Assembly (NCBI RefSeq): GCF_000485595.1
Contig: NW_014577062.1
Location: 1,369,455-1,409,141 of the forward strand
Source: Priapulus caudatus
Taxonomy: Eukaryota
Direction: 5' to 3'
DNA: 39,687 bases
The translations under genes were made by a program, and so were the position numbers. Of this stretch, positions 1-11,827 are shown in pieces. Numbering within the stretch: position 1 is the first letter of the stretch; every line of letters starts with the position of its first letter. Under the pieces are notes generated by a model. The model worked only from the letters and a program-made list of their open reading frames with translations, was not told the DNA's origin and ran no database searches.

Positions 1-1381
1 TCGTGGACGGGCGAGAAGCTTTAGAAGTAAAATTATTTGCTTTTTTGCTATTCGTGGAGATCCGCGTCTCAGGGTGGGGCGCGTAGTCAGATGTAATCAG
101 AAGGACCGTCATGTTGTGTTGGTGTTGTGTGTCTATGAATGTAGAGTCAGTACAAACTTTGGTTAGAAATTCGCTCATAGAGCTCGGCAGAAGGTTTCGG
201 ATGGGGGAGCTAGAGCATGTATGCCTGTAGTGTATTTACATGATAAAGTTTGTATCGTTTTGTAGTTGCACAGTACATCAGTTGTGGAGTATTTTATTAA
301 TATCTGTTCGATGGCTTATTTCAGGCCTGCAGCTGATGGACGGACTTACTGTTTAAGGCAACCATTAAAGTAGAGTGTGTGCGCTGTTCCAAGGAAGTCG
401 CAATAATTGGTTTTATGGTTATTGAATATCTGTTATGGGTGTCTGCATCGGTTTTAGTTGTACATGCTGTACAAAATGGGGTATATGTTTTTATGTAAAA
501 TGTACCTATCCTCCGATGTACATATTTGCTGGTATTTACATAGAGCAATACACTAGGTTACACACATTTTGGCTCGTTGTTTCACAAAGAATGATATTAT
601 CTTCGTTTTTTCTCTATTGTGGCATACTAACCCTATAACATGAAATGTCAAACATTTTAACTTTATATGATTGTAGTTTACCCTACCCTGCGTTCTGCCA
701 GTACGGCATACCGCATGAAGGATACATTGAATTTCTGTGTTTTGGGCGGCTCATTCACGAGAGCGCGAGTATCTCAGCTCGTGGAGGTTCTGCCACTTTG
801 AAATTCCGCGTACCGTATAAAGATGAGGTCAAATCTATTCATCTCAAATGCTTTCAGGTGCGCAGATCACGTATATCTCTGCCCTGTCCTTTAAGGATGG
901 CGCTGTTACAGTGATAGCGTCGCGCGAATTGTTCACCGCTTCGAGTACTAATTACGTCTCTAGAAAATGGCCTTTTTTGGCATTTTTTTTTATCGCGAAA
1001 TTCGTGGCACTAGAGCTGCAATAAGTGCTTGTGGCACGCAAGGTGGATGCCTCGTCTGGACGTGGTGAGAAGCATTAAGAGTAAAATTATTTTTGTTGTG
1101 TTTCGTGAGTTCCCGTCAGGTAGCGTAGGTCAGACGGCGAGCGGTGCGTGCGGTTTGGTGGTTATGCACATTTATAGTCAGGGACAACTTTTGTGAGAAC
1201 TTCGACGATCATAGATGGCAAAGAGTTTTCGAGAGGGGGCATGGCATGAATCCTGTAGTTATTTACAGTAATTAATGTGTATGTATTTGTAAGTGCAGTA
1301 AACAGCTGTGAGTATTTTAAGTAATATCTGTTCGGATCGGTTGATCAGGCCTGCAGGCGTAATGGACGGCCTACTGTTAAG
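1..1381 (+). repeat. Degenerate direct repeat with ~1.05 kb spacing (1-~360 similar to ~1052-1381)
   Basis: Shared anchors in the same order: gagaagc..agtaaaattattt, agtcag..acaa.cttt, cctgtag..tatttaca, gagtatttta..taatatctgttcg, caggcctgcag..atggacgg..tactgtt. Many indels between the copies. Faint similarity continues at the same offset (ccgcg 806/1858, gtcaaat 828/1881). Confidence 0.7.
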
Positions 1382-2112
1382 TAGAACACCTATAGGAACG
1401 CCATGTCATAAATTTCGACGTAACACTGACCGGTCAATCTCAGCAACCAACTCTATCTGTAGATAGAGGTGGTGGAATAGAGCGAGGACGTCATACTCGT
1501 AAAAAACGTCGCCGGGCATTATTTTGGCCCCAAAAGCCATAAAGAATAATATAAAAATATAGAATATGATAGAAGAAAAATAAAAGATATATAGAATAAA
1601 ATAGAAGTAATATTTTACTTTAAACTGGATGAGTTGTATATCACAAAAGGAAAAATTGACGGAAAAAAACATGTAGAGGAACAAAAGACCAAAAACAAAG
1701 AAGACACGAAGAATGATTAAAAAGTGGCTACATTCCAAGAAACTAATGAGACTCTTCTTACTAATATGCTAATCATATCAGAATTACAGCGGGAATGCGC
1801 GTCTACTAATTTCACCCCAATGAGTTATTTCGTCATAATTGCAATTTCACTGTTTAACCGCGAATACTATATTCGAGATCGTCAAATTGTTCGCGCTGCT
1901 CATCAGAATTCAGTCCGTCATGCATTCTCTCTCGGTGCGCATCTTTTTCACAAACAGGATATTCGTATGCAGTGCAAGCTGAGGTCGCGAGCCTGCGGCG
2001 TACAACGACGAAACCCTATTACATATTACAGAGCATAAATTACAGAGAATAATACAGAGCATATACAGGAGATAATATACACGCTCCGCGCGCGGCACGT
2101 GTGCATGCTGGT

Positions 2113-2367
2113 TTGTGTCTTGTGTGTGTGTAATTTTTGTTTTTTTTTTTTTTTTTTTTTTTGTTGGTGGCTGTCTGTGTGGTGTCAGCGTGAATGCGGC
2201 GAGCGCGTGTGTTTCTGTCCTATGTAGCTGTTGGCGCGCGATTTCGTGGTGCGTGTATGCTATTGTGTGCCGGGTGGGTGTGTGTGTGTGTGCCATTGAA
2301 TCACGAGACGTGTGTGTGTGTTTGTGGTGTTGTGATATTGTGCGCGCGCGTGTGTGCGTGTATGTGT

Positions 2368-2466
<99 letters not shown>

Positions 2467-2530
2467 TGTGTGTGTGCGTGCGTGTGTGTGTGTTAGTGTT
2501 TGCGCGCGCGTGGTTGTGTTTGCGCGTATT
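2113..2530. repeat. Compound microsatellite: poly-T, (TG)n, (GA)n, (CG)n
   Basis: Directly visible simple repeats; they explain the HT/CV-rich ORFs at 1910-2576. Confidence 0.95.
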
Positions 2531-3347
2531 CTTGTGGGCACGCGAAGCCGTCACGGATGCGCTGACGTTTGATTAGTAGCGTCGTAGTATAGCTGTGGGC
2601 AGAGGCAAAAATAAACACGGTGCACGCACCCGTATACCTTCTCCCAAACAAATCTGTACTTTCTTCCAAGCATCTTACGAATACCATACCTTTACCTTTT
2701 CACGAAAACCCTATAGCCGTACATGTGTAACAAGTTATTTAGCCAGGACTTCTCACACACAGCCCAACTCCTCCAGCTAACACCTAGCTCACTCGCACCT
2801 ATACCATCTTACTTACGCGTACAGCCGTTAAATTCACACACGTGTATCTACACGCACCGTACCGTACCCCACCACCATGACTACCTTCGTCGCTACTAGC
2901 AGCCACTCGCTGACCAGATGAAGGAGAGCATGAAGCTCGCAGCAGCAGATGAGGAGGTGTTGTAAGCGATGCGGCGTAGACGTCTCTCTCGCATCCTCGC
3001 GACGCGCATCAGCTGCCTGAGCTCGTCTCGCCTCCGCACGATACACGGCAGCGTCTTCCGCGGAAGCAGAGCCAATTAATGCGCTAATCAGCAAAAATAT
3101 TCAGCGCCCGTTTATTGGTAGCTACTGCGAGTCAGTGCGGTGACTACATGCTGGTTAGCAAATCAAGCCAGCAGGGCTTTGTAGGCACGCTGGACAGCAA
3201 ATCAAACTAATAAAGCTGTGGCGCCACGTTGGTCAACTGATCAAGCGAACAAAAATCGATTGCTGGTCAGCAGGTAGGCTAACGCGACCAGTGAGCACAT
3301 TCCAGCTCAATGAACACGCATAGCAGCGGACACATCGCAGAATGCAA

Positions 3348-5565
3348 TAACATCGTGAACACGTGTAACAATGCTGCACAATTCTAAGCATAACATCGTC
3401 AACATTCGTATAACAATGCTGCACAATTCTAAGCATAACATCGTCAATATTCGTAACAATGCTGCACAATTCTAAGCATAACATCTGCAACATTTGCAAC
3501 AATGCGGTAAAATTCTAAGCATAACATCGTCAACATTCGTATAACAATGCTGCACAATACTAACCATAACATCGGCAACATTCGTAACAATGCTGCACAA
3601 TTCTAAGCATAACATCGTCAACGTTCGTAACAATGCTCCACAATTATAAGCATAACATCGTCAACATTCGTAACAATGCGGCACAATTCTAAGCATAAGA
3701 TCGTCAACATTCGTAACAATGCGGTACACTTCTAAGCATAACATCGTCAACATTCGTAACAATGCGGTAAAATTCTAAGCATAACATCGTCAACATTCGT
3801 AACAATGCTGCACAATTCTAAGCATAACATCGTCAACATTCGTAATAATGCGGCACAATCCTAAGCATAACATCGTCAACATTCGTAACAATGCTGCACA
3901 ATTCTAAGCATAACATTGGTAACATTCGTAACAATGAGACACAATTCTAAGCATAACATCGTCAACATTTGTAACAATGCTGCACAATACTAACCATAAC
4001 ATCGGCAACATTCGTAACAATGCTGCATAATTCTAAGCATAACATTGTCAACATTCGTAACAATGCGGCACAATTCTAAGCATAACATCGTCAACATTCG
4101 TAACAATGCTGCACAATACTAACCATAACATCGGCAACATTCGTAACAATGCTGCACAATTCTAAGCATAACATCGTCAACATTTGTAACAATGCTGTAC
4201 AATTATAAGCATAACATCGTCAACATTCGTGTAACAATGCTGCACAATTCTAAGCATATAACATCGTCAACATTCGTAACAATGCTGCACAATTCTAAGC
4301 ATAACATTGTCAACATTCGTAACAATGCTGCACAATTCTAAGCATAACATCGGCAACATTCGTAACAATGCTGCACAATTCTAAGCATAACATTGTCAAC
4401 ATTCGTAACAATGCTGCACAATTCTAAGCATAACATCGTCAACATTCGTAACAATGAAGTACAATTCTAAGCATAACATCGTCAACATTCGTGTAACAAT
4501 GCTGCATAATTCTAAGCATAACATCGTCAACATTCGTAACAATGCGGCACAATTCTAAGCATAACATCGATAACATTCGTAACGATGCTGCACAATTCTA
4601 AGCATAACATCATCAATATTCGTAACAATGCGGCACAATTCTAAGCATAACATCGTCAACATTTGTAACAATGTGGTACAATTCTAAGCATAACATCGTC
4701 AACTATCGTATAACAATGCGGTACAATTATAAGCATAACATCGTCAACATTCGTATAACAATGCGGCCCAATTCTAAGCATAACATCATCAACATTCGTA
4801 TAACAATGCTGCACAATTCTAAGAATAACATCTGCAACATTCGTAACAATGCTGCACAATTCTAAGCATAACATCGTCAACATTCCTAACAATGCGGCAC
4901 AATTATAAGCATAACATCGTCAACATTCGTAACAATGCGGCACAATTATAAGCATAACATCGGCAACATTCGTAACAATGTGGTACAATTCTAAGTATAA
5001 CATCGTCAACATTCGTAACAATGTGGTACAATTCTAAGCATAACATCGTCAACGTTCGTAACAATGCTGCACAATTCTAAGCATAACATCGTCAACATTC
5101 GTAACAATGCTGCACAATACTAACCATAACATCGTCAACGTTCGTAACAATGTGGTACAATTCTAAGCATAACATCGGCAACATTCGTAACAATGTGGTA
5201 CAATTCTAAGCATAACATCGTCAATATTCGTAACAATGCGGTACAATTCTAAGCATAACATCGTCAACGTTCGTAACAATGCTGCACAATTCTAAGCATA
5301 ACATCGGCAACATTCGTAACAATGCTGCACAATTCTAAGCATAACATCGTCAACGTTCGTAACAATGCTGCACAATTCTAAGCATAACATCCTCAACATT
5401 CGTAACAATGTGGTACAATTCTAAGCATAACATCGTCAACGTTCGTAACAATACTGCACAATTCTAAGCATAACATCGTCAACATTCGTAATAATGCTGC
5501 ACAATACTAACCATAACATCGGCAACATTCGTAACAATGCAGTACAATTCTAAGCATAACATCGT
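3348..5565 (+). repeat. 43-bp tandem minisatellite, roughly 50 copies; consensus AACATCGTCAACATTCGTAACAATGCTGCACAATTCTAAGCAT
   Basis: Period measured between unit starts at 3783 and 3826. Occasional 45-bp units (cgtat/cgtgt). Built from ~9-bp subrepeats (aacatcgtc/aacattcgt/aacaatgct). Edges degenerate to ~3300 and ~5760. Confidence 0.97.
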
Positions 5566-5632
5566 GAAAGCGCGTTATAATGGAATACAATACTAAACAT
5601 AACATCGTGAACATATGTCACAATGCGAGGCA

Positions 5633-5674
5633 ATACTATCAGGAGTGTATCAATTGATACACTCCTGATACTAT
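5633..5674. mobile_element. 28-bp perfect palindrome CAGGAGTGTATCAATTGATACACTCCTG (5640-5667) flanked by a 7-bp direct repeat ATACTAT; minimal TIR-only element or transposon remnant
   Basis: ATACTAT at 5633-5639 and 5668-5674. Removing the palindrome and one repeat restores a degenerate satellite unit (caatgcgaggcaatactatgaataacaacgtgaacatt). Confidence 0.7.
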
Positions 5675-6051
5675 GAATAACAACGTGAACATTTGGAACA
5701 ACGGGATACCATAATAAGCACAAGATTGTGAATATGCGTAACATAACACCGTGACTAGGCGTGTCAGCGTGAGTTTGGCAATCGTGACACCATGTTCAAG
5801 TTTATCACGGTCTCAAACTTGAAAATCATTTGACTAATCACAGTGACGACGCATAACAATGCGTACAGTATTCCCTGTTCACGCGTGGCATCGTGAACAC
5901 ATGCAGAGTAGCACCGTAGGCGAGGATGGATGTTATCGTAAACGATTGGGACAGCATGCTTACACTGACTACTCACTACTCACTTACACTTACACTCACT
6001 ACTACACATGACAGCATGCTTACACGTAAACGTAGAACTGTGCTCACTGCA

Positions 6052-6215
6052 CGACAACGTGACAACACGTAATACCGTGATCACGCACGCGACGCTGGTC
6101 GCGGCATGACACCGTGATCACGCGTGACAACGTCATCACGCGTCACACCGTGATTCCGCGCGAAAGGCTGGTCGCGGCATGACACCGTGATCACGCGTGA
6201 CACCGTGATCCCGCG
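6052..6215 (+). repeat. Promoter-proximal ~18-bp repeats (GACACCGTGATCACGCGT) with overlapping palindromes CGTGATCACG and TCACGCGTGA
   Basis: Repeated caccgtgat/cacgcg motifs. The block gctggtcgcggcatgacaccgtgatcacgcgtgaca occurs twice (~6094 and ~6167). Lies ~340-500 bp upstream of the ATG. Confidence 0.75.
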
Positions 6216-6315
6216 TAGCGCGAGCGTGCGTGCGCTGTGGGCCCGCGCTTCCCCCGTCCATGCCGCCGCCGCTGCACCCCGACGTCTATTCTATAACGAG
6301 CTGGCGTGCGCGGTA

Positions 6316-6369
6316 GCGGCGGCAGCGGTGGCAGCGGCGGCAGCGGCGGCAGCGGCGGCAGCGGCGGCA
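6316..6369 (+). repeat. (GCGGCGGCA)6 GC-rich repeat in the probable promoter/5' UTR
   Basis: Six 9-bp units (one with a C>T change), ~20 bp downstream of a TATA-like ctataac (6291-6297) and ~180 bp upstream of the ATG. Confidence 0.85.
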
Positions 6370-6551
6370 GCGCGCAGCTGCCACGGTAGGCGAGTGCGCC
6401 TGACGGACCAGTGCCTTGTACACACGCTGACGAGCAGACATCGCCGCCACGATGTGCAGCGCCGAGCGCGCAGCCCGCCGCGCGCCCACCGCCGCCGTGT
6501 GAGCTACGCTGACGCAACGCCGACGCTAACACCTGACGCTGGACGCTGACG

Positions 6552-7202
6552 ATGGCAGGCAACGAGGAGACGTTGTCGCGCGCGACGTGTTATCGGCACG
6601 TGCGCGTTCTCTACGCGCTCGTTCTGCTGCTCTACTGTCTCGCGGGGGTCGGCTTCTACTGGACGTACCGCGAGATACGGACGGGGTATGGCAGCGCGCA
6701 TCCACGCAACAGCGACAGCGGCGACGCCGATGACGATTACCTCGTGCACGAGGACGGTGACGTCGTCGAGTTCATCGATAGGAAGATGATAGACGCGTTG
6801 ATACAGGAACTGGATGAACCGCCGACAAACGACGATGACAGTCGGCGCCGACGCGACGGGACGTTGGCGACGCGGTACCTCGCCGACGACGACGCGAACG
6901 AGGCGGCAGCCGACGCGACGGGCACAGACAAACCGCGTCATCGGCGACGGCACAAGTCGAAGCGGGCCGGCAAGCAGCCGTCGCTGGTAGAGTTTAACGT
7001 GTTAGGAACGCTGCAAGCCGACGCCGACGGCACACTTCCGGCGAAACCCAAAGGCGAGCTGACTAGGAAGCAGCGCCGCTACCGCCGAAAGTTGCGTCGG
7101 CAGTTGGAGAACCTGCGAGAGTACTACGCGTCGGCAGCGCAAGGCAACGACGACGGTTCGATGAAGGACTGGGTGTGGGTGAACTCGTTCGCTCGCGTGC
7201 CG
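6552..7202 (+). CDS. First coding exon of a type II transmembrane protein, probably colmedin/gliomedin-like (collagen + olfactomedin family), copy 1
   Basis: acgATGg Kozak context. 217 codons of non-repetitive, GC3-rich sequence. Short basic N-tail, hydrophobic segment at aa ~19-37, R-X-R-R furin sites (98-101, 129-132, 176-179). Ends ...GTG CCG|GTAAGT (canonical phase-0 donor at 7203-7208). VEF...DWVWVNSFARVP resembles, from memory and not from a search, the pre-collagen motif of protostome colmedins such as Drosophila CG6867. The last 11 aa of the ORF-track protein are intron read-through. Confidence 0.85.
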
Positions 7203-7639
7203 GTAAGTACGTGCGTGTGTGTGGTAGCGGACGAGTAGACATGTGATTACGTAGCGCTGTCTACAGCAGCAGGGTCTACCTACCTATACGCTGCCGTAAA
7301 CGCGGAGTGATCAGCACGCTCTGGGCGGTGAACGTGAGCTGAACACAGCTTGCACTACTAAAAAACAACGACGCTTAGGAAGCATGAGCTTTAGCACGAA
7401 CAGGTTTCAGAGTGTCAACGCTGGGTTACCAGACCTGATACTCAAAAATAACAAGCAAAAGTAGGGCCTGCGAATACGGGAAACGGAAATTTTTGTAAAA
7501 AAGAGGTAAATACGTCTCATATTAGACGATAAACCGTGTAAACATGCCTTGGATAAAAGAAATACAATATGAACAGTGTAATCAGCATCCAAGTAATGGA
7601 TGAGCACGTCTCGGTAAATAACTGGTAAATATGTAACAG

Positions 7640-7791
7640 ACGATGACGAAGACGACGACGGCGGCAATAACCACACCAACGGCAGCAGCAGCAGCACCAG
7701 CAATAGCAGAAGCAGCAGCAGCAGCGGCGGCGGCAGCAGCAGCAGCAGCGGCGGCAGCAGCAGCAGCAGCAGCAGCAGCAGCCGTAGCAGT

Positions 7792-7832
<41 letters not shown>

Positions 7833-8048
7833 CAGCAGTAACCGCAGCAGCATCAGTAGCAGCAGCAGCAGCAGCAGCAGCGGCGGCGGCGGCAGCAGCA
7901 GCAGCAGCAGCAGCTGTAGCAGTAGGAGTAGTAGTAGTAGTAGTAGCAGCAGCAGCAGCAGCAGTAGCAGCAGTAACAGCAGCAGCATCAGTAGCAGCAG
8001 CAGCAGCAGCAGCTGTAATAGTAGAATTAGTAGCAGCAACAACAGCAA
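7640..8048. repeat. Compound trinucleotide repeat (GCA/GTA/GCG)n, copy 1, intronic
   Basis: Directly visible; gives the poly-A/poly-L ORFs. Confidence 0.95.
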
Positions 8049-9176
8049 TGAGATTATCGTTTTCCCTCAGGGTTCCGGGGCAGGCCATAATTTTACATAG
8101 ACAGCCAGGTTAGCACGACAGATGTCTTTGAATGGGCGGTACGCAAAATTAGCCAGAGGCACACACCGCCATAACTCCGATTATAGCAGAAACACATCCA
8201 ACTTTACGACACTGATCATTCTGTTGAACGGTTGCATGTCTAAGTAGAATTAACCAGTCGCCCTCAGATTGCGATTGATAAGACGGTATGGTGCAGGTAT
8301 GTAAGGAACCCATGTAGCTATAGCGTGTGCAGAAATGCACAACAGCCCGCAGCTAGTGTTCGCAGCGATGTTATAATTATGGGAATTAGACATTCGCGGT
8401 GACACCCTGTGAGCTCTGCATGCGCTATCCTCGGGATACGCACACATACGATTTGTCTTGCCGAATCTATACGAAATACTCGGCGCTCGAACTAGAAACC
8501 CACCAGTAAGCAACGTTCCCTGACTTTACCGCCGGTCATTTGGTCAGAGTATACGCACTCACGGACGAATGTTCGCCAGGACTAACTGATTGCGCAGGGT
8601 TGGACGCTTAACCAGGCGTCGTCAATCGAGATAAATGCACTACTTACGTACGCGTGCTGACGAGATAGTTTTGGGGCTGAAATAGAAGTCCACAAAATCA
8701 TTCTGCCATGCGTATAGTTGCAGAAATATTGTTCGGTTTATTGTATGCATGCAGTATATGCGAGCGTACGTGTCCCCGCGTACATTCATGCGTGTGCGCG
8801 TGTCCGTACCTGCTAAAATATACTTATAGTTTCCTGCTTTGCTGCGCTGTTTGTATAAACGATTTCCACCTAATGCTAGCAAGCTCATCCGCTCATCATC
8901 AAATGCTAGGCCGCTAGATAGAGTTTGTTGATGTAGCGGATTTAGACCACCGTGCGCGCTAACCCTTTCCCATTACTAAACACGCGGATCATAATGGCTA
9001 GGGTAAGTTAGGACGTTCGGGTAACTGTTCATAGACTAGCAGCTAGAATCGGTGTGTTAGTAGCTACTCTATGAAATCATGTATGAATATCAACGTACAC
9101 ACGTGTGTGAACCCTACCCAGGCTTCGCATGCTACACAGGTATGTGAATCCGCTCCAGGCTTTGCACAGACCACAT

Positions 9177-9191
9177 CCCCCAGATGGCGCT
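9177..9191 (+). promoter_or_regulatory. Candidate CTCF-like site CCCCCAGATGGCGCT (also at 13862-13876)
   Basis: Close match to the CC.C.AG(A/G)(T/G)GGCGC core consensus; motif match only. Confidence 0.3.
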
Positions 9192-9871
9192 CACTACCAA
9201 GGCGTGTGAGGCGATTCTAGTCGTCCCACTATATACACATGTGTGAAAATCCCCTTCTAGTACACTGCACAGGCGCGAAGCCACAGGAACATAAATCCGC
9301 TTCGTTCGTTAAAACAAACTTACGCAAAAAATCTACGCTAAAAAACCTACGCTAAAGATCCACGCGAAGGCCCATGCATGCACGTTGTGCGCGAAACTGC
9401 CTTCTCATGCCAACGTTAGACTTGGCGCTGAAGAATGGCACACTAAAGCACCACATGCACTCTAATTCTCTATAAATGACATATGGCATATGACCGCCAC
9501 CGTATGCTGCGCGGCGGCCACCCTCGAATTCCTGCGGTGGAGGCAACCGTCAGCGACTAAATCATCCTAATCGGTTCGAGAAACCGCGTCTGGTTAACAC
9601 GACACATTATAGCTTGAGGATCTTTTCAGCGGCAGTCGTTTTTTCTCTCGTTAGCATTGGCCTATTTCGGATACGGCTATGGTGTTATTACGGCGGGTGC
9701 CTAGCCGAAGTAAGTGTATAGCCTTTCGCACTTCGCGCAGGTGACAGGCGACGTGTATATGTGACGCGGACATATTGAGTCAACTATTTCGGTGAAACAT
9801 TATCTGTCTCGATGGTCTATTTGCCTGTAGCCCAGCAACGTGCGCATTATGTACATAGCTTTTGTGTGAAG

Positions 9872-9896
9872 NNNNNNNNNNNNNNNNNNNNNNNNN
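9872..9896. other. Assembly gap (25 N) at the junction of the tandem duplication
   Basis: N run. Further gaps at 14860-14884 (25 N), 30169-30178 (10 N) and 33015-33024 (10 N). Confidence 1.
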
Positions 9897-10190
9897 CGTA
9901 ACAATGCGGCACAATGCTAAGCATAACATCGTCAACATTCGTAACAATGCTGCACAATACTAACCATAACATCGGCAACATTCGTAACAATGCTGCACAA
10001 TTCTAAGCATAACATCGTCAACATTCGTAACAATGCTGCACAATACTAACCATAACATCGGCAACATTCGTAACAATGCTGCACAATTCTAAGCATAACA
10101 TCGTCAACATTCGTAATAATGCTGCACAATACTAACCATAACATCGGCAACATTCGTAACAATGCAGTACAATTCTAAGCATAACATCGT
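9897..10190 (+). repeat. 43-bp minisatellite, second (gap-truncated) array
   Basis: Same unit as 3348-5565. The last ~2.5 units match copy 1, while the upstream unit order differs. Confidence 0.95.
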
Positions 10191-10257
10191 GAAAGCGCGT
10201 TATAATGGAATACAATACTAAACATAACATCGTGAACATATGTCACAATGCGAGGCA

Positions 10258-10299
10258 ATACTATCAGGAGTGTATCAATTGATACACTCCTGATACTAT
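10258..10299. mobile_element. Second copy of the 28-bp palindrome with ATACTAT TSD
   Basis: Identical to 5633-5674; part of the duplication. Confidence 0.7.
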
Positions 10300-11176
10300 G
10301 AATAACAACGTGAACATTTGGAACAACGGGATACCATAATAAGCACAAGATTGTGAATATGCGTAACATAACACCGTGACTAGGCGTGTCAGCGTGAGTT
10401 TGGCAATCGTGACACCATGTTCAAGTTTATCACGGTCTCAAACTTGAAAATCATTTGACTAATCACAGTGACGACGCATAACAATGCGTACAGTATTCCC
10501 TGTTCACGCGTGGCATCGTGAACACATGCAGAGTAGCACCGTAGGCGAGGATGGATGTTATCGTAAACGATTGGGACAGCATGCTTACACTGACTACTCA
10601 CTACTCACTTACACTTACACTCACTACTACACATGACAGCATGCTTACACGTAAACGTAGAACTGTGCTCACTGCACGACAACGTGACAACACGTAATAC
10701 CGTGATCACGCACGCGACGCTGGTCGCGGCATGACACCGTGATCACGCGTGACAACGTCATCACGCGTCACACCGTGATTCCGCGCGAAAGGCTGGTCGC
10801 GGCATGACACCGTGATCACGCGTGACACCGTGATCCCGCGTAGCGCGAGCGTGCGTGCGCTGTGGGCCCGCGCTTCCCCCGTCCATGCCGCCGCCGCTGC
10901 ACCCCGACGTCTATTCTATAACGAGCTGGCGTGCGCGGTAGCGGCGGCAGCGGTGGCAGCGGCGGCAGCGGCGGCAGCGGCGGCAGCGGCGGCAGCGCGC
11001 AGCTGCCACGGTAGGCGAGTGCGCCTGACGGACCAGTGCCTTGTACACACGCTGACGAGCAGACATCGCCGCCACGATGTGCAGCGCCGAGCGCGCAGCC
11101 CGCCGCGCGCCCACCGCCGCCGTGTGAGCTACGCTGACGCAACGCCGACGCTAACACCTGACGCTGGACGCTGACG

Positions 11177-11827
11177 ATGGCAGGCAACGAGGAGACGTTG
11201 TCGCGCGCGACGTGTTATCGGCACGTGCGCGTTCTCTACGCGCTCGTTCTGCTGCTCTACTGTCTCGCGGGGGTCGGCTTCTACTGGACGTACCGCGAGA
11301 TACGGACGGGGTATGGCAGCGCGCATCCACGCAACAGCGACAGCGGCGACGCCGATGACGATTACCTCGTGCACGAGGACGGTGACGTCGTCGAGTTCAT
11401 CGATAGGAAGATGATAGACGCGTTGATACAGGAACTGGATGAACCGCCGACAAACGACGATGACAGTCGGCGCCGACGCGACGGGACGTTGGCGACGCGG
11501 TACCTCGCCGACGACGACGCGAACGAGGCGGCAGCCGACGCGACGGGCACAGACAAACCGCGTCATCGGCGACGGCACAAGTCGAAGCGGGCCGGCAAGC
11601 AGCCGTCGCTGGTAGAGTTTAACGTGTTAGGAACGCTGCAAGCCGACGCCGACGGCACACTTCCGGCGAAACCCAAAGGCGAGCTGACTAGGAAGCAGCG
11701 CCGCTACCGCCGAAAGTTGCGTCGGCAGTTGGAGAACCTGCGAGAGTACTACGCGTCGGCAGCGCAAGGCAACGACGACGGTTCGATGAAGGACTGGGTG
11801 TGGGTGAACTCGTTCGCTCGCGTGCCG
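11177..11827 (+). CDS. First coding exon of the colmedin/gliomedin-like type II membrane protein, copy 2
   Basis: Same translation as 6552-7202; donor GTAAGT at 11828-11833. Confidence 0.85.

Noticed and set aside
1447..1472. Second short palindrome CCAACTCTATCT-GT-AGATAGAGGTGG as another mini-element
   Set aside because: One mismatch, no flanking direct repeat, and it lies in apparently low-quality sequence.
2834..3094. GC-rich stretch with an 86-aa minus-strand ORF and a CCACCATG on the plus strand
   Set aside because: The plus-strand ATG closes after 14 codons; no recognisable domain or convincing splice signals.
3348..5565. CRISPR-like array or diversity-generating cassette array
   Set aside because: Units are head-to-tail with no unique spacers, variation is limited to recurring point variants, there are no cas or reverse-transcriptase genes, and the context is eukaryotic.
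6187..6953. Overlapping ORFs 6187-6549(+), 6191-6562(-), 6504-6953(-), 6737-6931(-) and their duplicates
   Set aside because: By-products of a GC-rich UTR repeat and antisense shadows of the real exon.
7203..7238. Single-exon 228-aa protein ending VSTCVCVVADE
   Set aside because: A perfect GTAAGT donor directly follows the conserved-looking motif, and the tail encodes a (TG) repeat, so it is intron read-through.
7407..8113. Poly-Leu/poly-Ala (or poly-Gln/Ser) proteins
   Set aside because: Translations of an intronic trinucleotide microsatellite.
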